From a virus: a stretch of DNA of 64,000 nt. Each line of letters starts with the position of its first letter. The stretch's first letter is position 1. The notes under the pieces are model-generated. The model was not told the DNA's origin and searched no databases. It worked only from the letters and a program-made list of their open reading frames with translations. Where the stretch lies: IMG/VR virus record IMGVR_UViG_3300043436_004480, positions 1 to 64,000 of that record; one strand, written 5' to 3'. The translations under genes and the position numbers were made by a program. Positions 38,303-44,820 of this stretch are shown here, one piece after another.

Positions 38303-38665
38303 TTAAAGTTTTGTTAAGCTTCTACATCCGATGATTTCACCTTCGGAATTTCTTACTGTTTCTGCAACGATGTAAAAATCATTGCGTTCGGGATAATACG
38401 TTTTTATTGATTGTGCAGCAATTTGCGACACAACATAAATCGTATTTTCCTTTTCTTCTGGGATGAAATCTGGTTCTCCGAAAGACGTTTTAGCCATAAC
38501 TGGAATTCCGAATGTTCCTCTACTTATGAAAGTTTCTTGAACATATGGATTCTGCTTTGCTCTAACAATTCCGTCACTTTCAATCTCTAATGCGATGACA
38601 TCTACGTCATCTATTTGTGCATAAAATCTTAGTTTATGCGGAGTGAAATTTTTTATTTCAGTCAT
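38303..38665 (-). CDS. Conserved phage protein (NxTPH family)
   Basis: IKNFTPH..VVS..VRNSEGEIIGCRSL; start moved to the ATG after the leader motif. Confidence 0.7.
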   Translation of the reverse strand: MTEIKNFTPHKLRFYAQIDDVDVIALEIESDGIVRAKQNPYVQETFISRGTFGIPVMAKTSFGEPDFIPEEKENTIYVVSQIAAQSIKTYYPERNDFYIVAETVRNSEGEIIGCRSLTKL

Positions 38666-38675
38666 AATTTTAAAT

Positions 38676-38699
38676 TCGATTAACCTATACATCGAGAGG
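38676..38699 (-). repeat. Leader pseudoknot, type I, copy C
   Basis: CCT-C-TCGAT-GTAT-AGG-TTA-ATCGA, 10 nt before ATG. Confidence 0.7.
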
Positions 38700-38708
38700 T
38701 TTTGAGAT

Positions 38709-39062
38709 TTATAATTTGTTGTTACTACGGATCATGAATTTTCCGTATGCCATTAGAGTTTCTCCTGCTAATTGAGAGTAAACTGAATCGGGACACATGT
38801 ACGCATCAGTTAGAAATTCTACTTCTACTAAAGTTTCAGGGTTAGTTCCTAATTCTAGTGCATTATCAACGTGCTTTTTTAGCTCTGCTAAAGTTAAATG
38901 TTTACTTTTACTTTGAACTTCTTCAAGTTCAGCAAAAGCCAACTTTTCTTTCAACTGATTCATTTCTGAAGTCATCTGAGTTATCAATTCTTCGCCAGTT
39001 GAACCAGCGATGTCTGCTGCGTAACCTTTAATACGCATTTTTAATTCTTCTACCTTTGTCAT
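38709..39062 (-). CDS. Hypothetical protein
   Basis: 117-aa ORF. Confidence 0.7.
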   Translation of the reverse strand: MTKVEELKMRIKGYAADIAGSTGEELITQMTSEMNQLKEKLAFAELEEVQSKSKHLTLAELKKHVDNALELGTNPETLVEVEFLTDAYMCPDSVYSQLAGETLMAYGKFMIRSNNKL

Positions 39063-39072
39063 AATTTTGAAA

Positions 39073-39094
39073 TGGTTGCCTTTACACCAAAAGG
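39073..39094 (-). repeat. Leader pseudoknot, type I, copy D
   Basis: CCT-TT-TGGT-GTAA-AGG-CA-ACCA, 10 nt before ATG. Confidence 0.65.
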
Positions 39095-39330
39095 TTAATT
39101 TTGAATTTTAAATTTGACGGAATGTGCAGTCACGCACTGTGAATAAGAACTTGTTCTGTTGATTAGACTACAAACAATTTGTTTCTTACATCTGCACATT
39201 CATTTTAACAGAGGCCAAGATATAATATGCAAGTTGACAAAAGTTAATCAGACTTTTGTCCAATGTTATTCTTTCTGCACTATATCTTATTTATGCTCCA
39301 CGCATACCTCTGCTAAAACTGTCAAACTTT

Positions 39331-39440
39331 GTCACAATGAGAAGATTCGAACTTCTAAAGTTTTTCGGATTAGAATCTTGTCTAATCTTACTAAGGAATC
39401 TACCGATTTCCTCAACTATTCCACCGACTGGACATTGCGA
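39331..39440 (-). ncRNA. tRNA-like RNA with a branched domain in place of the anticodon arm
   Basis: Acceptor TCGCAATG/CATTGTGA, D-arm TCC-AGTCGGT-GGA, T-arm AGAAG-TTCGAAT-CTTCT. Confidence 0.75.
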
Positions 39441-39590
39441 ACAAGTAGTTTAAAATTACGACGTATATCAAATTCATTATTTGATATTTACTTAGGTCGT
39501 GTCTATTTTTCACCCTATAACAACAAAATAGACTAAATTTGTTACTGGGATGCTTTCTTACGAAAGTTTTCAGGAAAAGGTACTATCATA

Positions 39591-39647
39591 AACAGTTTAA
39601 CAACTTGTTGAGGTTCTGAAAAAGCAGTTTTAAAACTTGCTTAGGTT
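39591..39647 (-). repeat. Type II motif, two tandem copies
   Basis: AACCTAAGCAAGTTTTAAAACTGCTT and AACCTCAACAAGTTGTTAAACTGTT. Confidence 0.65.
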
Positions 39648-39676
39648 TTGAAATTAACGGTACTATTATAAACGAA

Positions 39677-40240
39677 TTATTTAAATTCGTTTATAAACTC
39701 TTGAGAGCAACGGCAAATTTCTAATTCTGTATCATCTCCTCTATTTAAATAAAACAGAATGTCAAAATTATCCACTTTGATCACTAATTCATAAGAACCT
39801 TGACCAGAAGCAATCATGAAAAATTCAAGATTTCTTTTGTTAAGTTTGAATTTTTCTATTTCTCTTTTTAAGGTAGAAAATACAAGTTCAGCATCTTCTC
39901 TGCTAAGAATCTTTGATTCATTATCACAAAGAAATTGTTCACGTTCTGCAAGTTCTCGTTCTGTTTTAGAAAACATAGGACGAATTCTTTCGTCTATATA
40001 TTCTGCATGCTCTTCATCATGTTTATTAGCATAATGAATATAATCTGTTGAATTGCTGAATTCATACAGAGGACCATTTTCGTCATTCTTTATGTATAAC
40101 AAAATGTCGTTACCGTTATCATGAACAAGATATTGTTCATTTACTAATTTGAAAGCATATCTAGCTTCTGTGTTAGCAATTATTTCTTCTAAATTAGGAA
40201 ATAATTTAATTGCAATGTCCTTTGTGATTAACCTAGGCAT
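39677..40240 (-). CDS. Hypothetical early protein, possible internal duplication
   Basis: 187-aa ORF. Confidence 0.7.
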   Translation of the reverse strand: MPRLITKDIAIKLFPNLEEIIANTEARYAFKLVNEQYLVHDNGNDILLYIKNDENGPLYEFSNSTDYIHYANKHDEEHAEYIDERIRPMFSKTERELAEREQFLCDNESKILSREDAELVFSTLKREIEKFKLNKRNLEFFMIASGQGSYELVIKVDNFDILFYLNRGDDTELEICRCSQEFINEFK

Positions 40241-40316
40241 AACTCTGAATGCAGCTTCTCATCTGAGAATTTCGACTCCTTTAAGTCTTATTATACTGCT
40301 ACTTTTTACTTTTAGA

Positions 40317-40362
40317 TATTATTGAAAGATTCGAACTTTCTGATCCACCGACTGGAATAATA
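40317..40362 (-). ncRNA. Minimal 46-nt tRNA-like element (acceptor, D and T arms only)
   Basis: TATTATT-CC AGTCGGT GG-ATCA-GAAAG TTCGAAT CTTTC-AATAATA. Confidence 0.7.
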
Positions 40363-40364
40363 AG

Positions 40365-40390
40365 GAACAGTTTTTAAACTTGTTCAGGTT
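40365..40390 (-). repeat. Type II motif, third copy
   Basis: AACCTGAACAAGTTTAAAAACTGTTC immediately after a stop codon. Confidence 0.65.
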
Positions 40391-40720
40391 TTAATCTGCT
40401 AACCAGTCGTATTCAGATTTATCGAAATAGTCTGGATCACTAATATCTTTGTTATCGAATGCTTCTAGTTCTTCTATGCTTTTTCTTAACGAAGGATGCA
40501 CTCCAGTATTTTCTTGCCACTCGACTATCTGCTCATCAGTAAGTTCAACTTCATTTCTAAGTTGTGCAAGAAATTTATTTCTATCGTCGTCTGTAAGGAT
40601 TTCTCCATACATATTCTCAAAAATTTCGACGTTGTCTTCATGATAAAGACGTTCTGCTTCTCTGAAAGGAATTTTTAACTCTAAAGAAGCGTATGCGATT
40701 AATTCGTTTTGAAGGTTCAT
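40391..40720 (-). CDS. Acidic early protein
   Basis: About 29 D/E versus 10 K/R in 109 aa. Confidence 0.7.
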   Translation of the reverse strand: MNLQNELIAYASLELKIPFREAERLYHEDNVEIFENMYGEILTDDDRNKFLAQLRNEVELTDEQIVEWQENTGVHPSLRKSIEELEAFDNKDISDPDYFDKSEYDWLAD

Positions 40721-40856
40721 TGCTTTGAAGTTTTATGGTGATAATCTATGAATAATATACCTGACAATTCCAAGACAAAATTAATTGTGATGGAAATGTT
40801 CAAGGTTTTCAATTAGTATGATGAAGACTAATTGATTTGGCAAAAAGAATTGGTTG

Positions 40857-41087
40857 CTAAAATGCAACCAATTCCATCATAATTCTCCCGTCTGGAAGAA
40901 CCATTTCTACTTGCTTGATTTCTTTGCAAGTAAATTCAAAGGTCTCTCCAGCTTCTGCTGGGCCTTCAAACCGCATGAGACCAGGAAGTTTCCTGAATCT
41001 GCCAGTAGCGACTTCGGTGCTTATACTCCACCACGAGTTTTCGCCTGACTTGGTCAGGCAAACGAAAGTTGCTTTAACTTTGTTCAT
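40857..41087 (-). CDS. Hypothetical protein, first ORF of the leftward early block
   Basis: AAATTATG start MNKVKATF; 76 aa. Confidence 0.6.
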   Translation of the reverse strand: MNKVKATFVCLTKSGENSWWSISTEVATGRFRKLPGLMRFEGPAEAGETFEFTCKEIKQVEMVLPDGRIMMELVAF

Positions 41088-41129
41088 AATTTGCATCTGC
41101 ACGTTAGTGTGTACAGCCAACTTTAGGCA

Positions 41130-41280
41130 GGGGGGATAGTGGGGGGTTAGCTCTGCAATTGAAAATGAAATAAATTTTTTTAATTTTTTTTTTTGAAAAA
41201 ATTTTGGAGTTTAAATTTTAGCTCTTCAATCCAGATCGAAAAATAATTTTTTGAAAAATTTTTCTGGAATTTTTTCTCTG
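41130..41280. other. G6-N5-G6 tract followed by an A/T-tract-rich imperfect tandem repeat (candidate terminus, pac or origin)
   Basis: GGGGGGATAGTGGGGGG; the unit TTAGCTCT..TTTTTGAAAAATTTT occurs twice. Confidence 0.4.
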
Positions 41281-41292
41281 CTTCTGCAAAAC

Positions 41293-41368
41293 AAAAAACG
41301 CCAACCTACACTTTCGCTGGTTGACGCTTTTCGAGGTCTTTGTCCGCAGACATGACTTTGCAAAGATA
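41293..41368 (-). other. Promoter plus short transcript ending in a terminator
   Basis: TATCTTTG (41368-41361); hairpin GCGTCAACC/GGTTGGCGT followed by TTTTT; optional 15-aa ORF MSADKDLEKRQPAKV. Confidence 0.45.
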
Positions 41369-41754
41369 AGAAAAAAAAACAAAACCCACCAGAATTAACT
41401 GATGGGTTCTGCGTACTGGCAAGAATATCTGAAAATTAGCTTTCGCCAGAGTTCTCAGCATAAGTTTGTTTTTGCTTTTTAAAAAGTTCCAGATCACAAA
41501 TCTGAAATTTTCTTCTTTATAATATTCTCAATTTTCAATCCTAATTTACTTCCTTATTTTTTATTTTTCAAATCCAAAATCGGATTTTAAAATTTTTCCT
41601 TTTTCTGGGAAAATCAAATTGCCTGTACCATTGGTAGAAGAGGCGTTATCTTTGATGCACAACTTCGGTCTCTTGGTGGTCGCTTTGCTTTGACCTTAGC
41701 AAGATACAACTTTTTCCTGACATTATGGTTAACTATCCAAACTTTATTTTCATA

Positions 41755-42591
41755 CTACAATGAATTAAGGATTTGTTTAGAGCGAGTAGGTAATTCATAA
41801 ACAGTCCATTGTAGAGAATGTAGAAACTGAAAAGCTTCTTCTGAAGTTTCATTTTGAAGAAGTAATAATCCTAGATCTTCATGAATAGAAGCAACAGGTC
41901 TGTTATTGTAAAGAATTACTACTGAACCTCGAAGTTCTGGATGGTTAAGATAGAAAGAAGAGAAAGGAAAGTCTCTGTTTATATCTGAATACAAATTTTG
42001 CATAGGAACAACTCCATATTCGAAGTGAGGTATATAGAAAGCTGTCGCAGATTCTTGTTCGTTAGTAACTCCAATTGCATATGAATTTCCATATTGAAGA
42101 AGACATCCAAGTTGAGAAGTTTTAGCTTTTGTTTTTAAATACAAAGCACTAAGCAAAGGATTTATAGAAGGATTCTGCAAAAGAAGTTCTACTGCAAACC
42201 AATCAACAGTATATCGTTGTGAATTTGAAAATCTAACAAGTGGACAACCTAAAGCTGCATCATCTATATATATATGTGCAAACTGTTTATTAGAATGGCT
42301 CCAACTTTGATCTGGATTAAAGTTCAACCAATCAAGATTGAATTTAAGATCGTGCATTTTGAGAAAGTCAAAAGCTTCTTGCAAAGTGTCTACTGGTTCT
42401 GAATCTTTGTCTGGTCTGATTTGCAGAGTACTTCGCATAGTCCAGAGCATAAGTTGAACTTCCGGAATTGTAGATAGTTTAGTTAGAACTTTCTTTGCAT
42501 ACGGAACAAGTTTGCCTATTCTTGGGAAATCATGAGTTACAATTGTTCCATCGAAGTCAACTCCGATAATAATCTGGTTTTTTTGAGACAT
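41755..42591 (-). CDS. HAD-superfamily phosphatase (BT0820-like) with C-terminal extension
   Basis: VDFDGTIV, LWTMR, YIDDAALGCPL. Confidence 0.8.
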   Translation of the reverse strand: MSQKNQIIIGVDFDGTIVTHDFPRIGKLVPYAKKVLTKLSTIPEVQLMLWTMRSTLQIRPDKDSEPVDTLQEAFDFLKMHDLKFNLDWLNFNPDQSWSHSNKQFAHIYIDDAALGCPLVRFSNSQRYTVDWFAVELLLQNPSINPLLSALYLKTKAKTSQLGCLLQYGNSYAIGVTNEQESATAFYIPHFEYGVVPMQNLYSDINRDFPFSSFYLNHPELRGSVVILYNNRPVASIHEDLGLLLLQNETSEEAFQFLHSLQWTVYELPTRSKQILNSL

Positions 42592-42709
42592 ATTATATAT
42601 GTATAGGTTAAAGGTTAGATTGCTCTGGGAAAGAGGGCCGAAATGAGAATCGCCCAAGTCTTTTTCTTTTTTTGGGACTACTATTGACCTGTAAAAATTT
42701 TGACTTTTA

Positions 42710-42740
42710 CAAATGTAACTTAATACTGACTAAGAAGCAA
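42710..42740 (-). promoter_or_regulatory. Leftward Bacteroidota-type promoter
   Basis: TTG-N20-TACATTTG. Confidence 0.6.
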
Positions 42741-42757
42741 GCAATTTCAAAAATTGT

Positions 42758-42788
42758 TTTGTAATTTATCAAACTATGTGTACGTTTG
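42758..42788 (+). promoter_or_regulatory. Rightward Bacteroidota-type promoter of the virion module
   Basis: TTTG-N19-TACGTTTG; forms a divergent pair at the strand switch. Confidence 0.7.
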
Positions 42789-42804
42789 TAAAAAACATCA
42801 TCTA

Positions 42805-43611
42805 ATGTCATCAGCAACTTCAAATTATTACAAAACTCACTCTGTTGAAAAAGTTCCTAAGATAATTAGGGATGAAAATCATATATATAGAGATGAAACA
42901 GAAAAACAATATACTTCTGTTACAACTTTGATCGGACAGTTTAAAAATAAATTCGATACCGAGAAAATTAGCAAAGCATATTCTGAAAAGCATAACATAC
43001 CACAAGATCAAGTTAAGAAAGCTTGGTTGCAGACTTGTGTAGATGCTTGTGAAAAAGGATCGTTACTTCATGATTTAATGGAGAAAGGATTAGAAGATGT
43101 TGATGCATATGTAAAAGCAGAGATGAATAATTTCAATTCTCCTGCTTTGGCAAGAGATGTCCTTAGTTCAGACGATATTACAAAGTTTGAGAATAACGAA
43201 AAGTATCTTGTCTGCAAAGAACCAATTATTGCTTTCTCTCTGCCGGGAAATAATAAAGGTATTGCCGGAGGAATTGATTTTATTGCTGAGGAAATAGGAA
43301 CAAATGTTGTACATTTACGTGATTGGAAAACTAACAAAGCGTTAAATCGTTCTGGATATAACAATCAAATGATGAAGTTTCCAGTTTCTCATTTGCCAGA
43401 TTGTAATTATCAGCATTACGTTTTGCAACTTTCATTATATGCATTCATATTAGAGTACGGATATAATAAAACTATTGGTACTTTAGGAATACACCATTTT
43501 AATTATCTTGCAAACACAGTTCAATATTATGAAGTTCCTTATCTGCGGAACGATGTATGCGATATGTTAGCAATTTTCTTTCATGGTTCTATAATGAAAA
43601 AAGTCTGCTAA
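42805..43611 (+). CDS. PD-(D/E)XK nuclease
   Basis: YTSVTT, GSLLH, IAGGIDF, DWKTN, YVLQLSLY. Confidence 0.85.
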   Translation: MSSATSNYYKTHSVEKVPKIIRDENHIYRDETEKQYTSVTTLIGQFKNKFDTEKISKAYSEKHNIPQDQVKKAWLQTCVDACEKGSLLHDLMEKGLEDVDAYVKAEMNNFNSPALARDVLSSDDITKFENNEKYLVCKEPIIAFSLPGNNKGIAGGIDFIAEEIGTNVVHLRDWKTNKALNRSGYNNQMMKFPVSHLPDCNYQHYVLQLSLYAFILEYGYNKTIGTLGIHHFNYLANTVQYYEVPYLRNDVCDMLAIFFHGSIMKKVC

Positions 43612-43668
43612 AAGCAGACCTCTTTCAATTCAGTATCTAAACACCATCTCTAAATTAATTTTACAAAA

Positions 43669-44082
43669 ATGAGTCAAAATACCGAACAAACAAACGATTA
43701 TGTCTTTACTAACGATTCGCTCGAAGAAGGATGCTTACAATGGGTTACAATGTTAGCCGGATTAAGTTCTTTAACAGATACAGAAATAAGATTTCTGACG
43801 AAGTTCGTTATTAGAGATTATAAATACAGAGAATCTGCTCCTCATATACCAAGAGGAGATAGAGATTTTGAATATAAAGTTGCTTTGTACTTGCGTTCTA
43901 ATAGAGTAAGAGAAGAAATTTGTGCAGAACTAGATATAACAGATGGTTATTTTGCAATTCTGATGAACAGATGTAAAGAGAAGAAAGTTATTATTGCAAA
44001 AGATATTAAGTCTTTAGCTGTAAATCCTATTTTCTGTTTTCCTAAAGACGGAGTAGCAAACATCATCTTCAAATTAAACTAG
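43669..44082 (+). CDS. Hypothetical protein, possible HTH
   Basis: 137-aa ORF. Confidence 0.65.
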   Translation: MSQNTEQTNDYVFTNDSLEEGCLQWVTMLAGLSSLTDTEIRFLTKFVIRDYKYRESAPHIPRGDRDFEYKVALYLRSNRVREEICAELDITDGYFAILMNRCKEKKVIIAKDIKSLAVNPIFCFPKDGVANIIFKLN

Positions 44083-44084
44083 TA

Positions 44085-44276
44085 ATGAGAAACGTACAGG
44101 ATATAATTGACAAAATATCAGAAGATAAAGAAATTCCTAGAGATTTAGTGGAGAAAACTATCATGCGTTTTCATGAAATGATGTGTGATAAGGTAAAAGA
44201 AAGTAAGTTTGACATAAAACTCCCAAGATTTGGGTATTTGCATTTGAGTAAACCTAAAAAAGATGAAAGTAAATAG
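44085..44276 (+). CDS. Short HU/IHF-like protein
   Basis: IIDKIS...IKLPRFGYL. Confidence 0.55.
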   Translation: MRNVQDIIDKISEDKEIPRDLVEKTIMRFHEMMCDKVKESKFDIKLPRFGYLHLSKPKKDESK

Positions 44277-44820
44277 TTTTAAAAGTTCAGAATCAAATTT
44301 CTGGGAGTTTAATCCTAGTTTTTCTTATGTTCCTGAGTTTTCAGCAATAAGAAAACAAGATCTTTCTACTTTGAAGAAAGATTCATCTTATTATATGTGG
44401 TTTGCTTGGTTTATGTTTGATCCAGAAAGTCCATATCACTATTTCCCAGAAAAAGAAAGAATGCAGAGGATTGCTGAATGTGATTTCTTCCGCAAATTTA
44501 GATCTGGAGAAGATGATATTATATCAAAAGATGATAAAGATTGGATTCCTAGAATATTAGTTGAATATCAGAAGGTAACAATGACTTCTGCACAGCGTTC
44601 TTTGTATATGTTTGATGAGCATATAAAAGAACGTGAAGAATACATGAGAAGTTTAACTTACTCAGATCCTAATAATGCAAAAGTAAAAGATGATCTTCTT
44701 ATAAACACAAAGAAAGTTTTAGATTCAAGAAAAGAAATCGAAAAACTAGCTTTGTCAGAAATGTCTTCGGTTGAAATAAATAATTCAGAAGCTTCTTTAA
44801 GCGATAAAAATGTTATATAA
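44263..44820 (+). CDS. Hypothetical protein, candidate terminase small subunit
   Basis: Overlaps the terL start; assignment is positional only. Confidence 0.5.
   Translation: MKVNSFKSSESNFWEFNPSFSYVPEFSAIRKQDLSTLKKDSSYYMWFAWFMFDPESPYHYFPEKERMQRIAECDFFRKFRSGEDDIISKDDKDWIPRILVEYQKVTMTSAQRSLYMFDEHIKEREEYMRSLTYSDPNNAKVKDDLLINTKKVLDSRKEIEKLALSEMSSVEINNSEASLSDKNVI

Noticed and set aside
39159-39536. Plus-strand ORFs 39159-39536 and 39256-39453
   Set aside because: They have non-ATG starts, run antisense to the local gene flow and overlap minus-strand structured RNAs
36948-40362. Calling the TTCGAAT elements ordinary tRNA genes
   Set aside because: None has a 5-bp stem with a 7-nt anticodon loop in the normal position, and none encodes CCA
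39591-40390. Type II motif as a twister, hammerhead or theta ribozyme
   Set aside because: CCTAAGC and TAAAACTGC resemble twister words only superficially; the roughly 26-nt unit is too short and lacks the required helices and catalytic core
35400-41300. CRISPR or mini-CRISPR array
   Set aside because: The repeats are short, degenerate, irregularly spaced and separated by genes, not by uniform spacers
42805-43611. Cas4 or CRISPR adaptation function
   Set aside because: It is a PD-(D/E)XK nuclease without the four-cysteine Fe-S motif, with no cas neighbours, in the usual pre-terminase position
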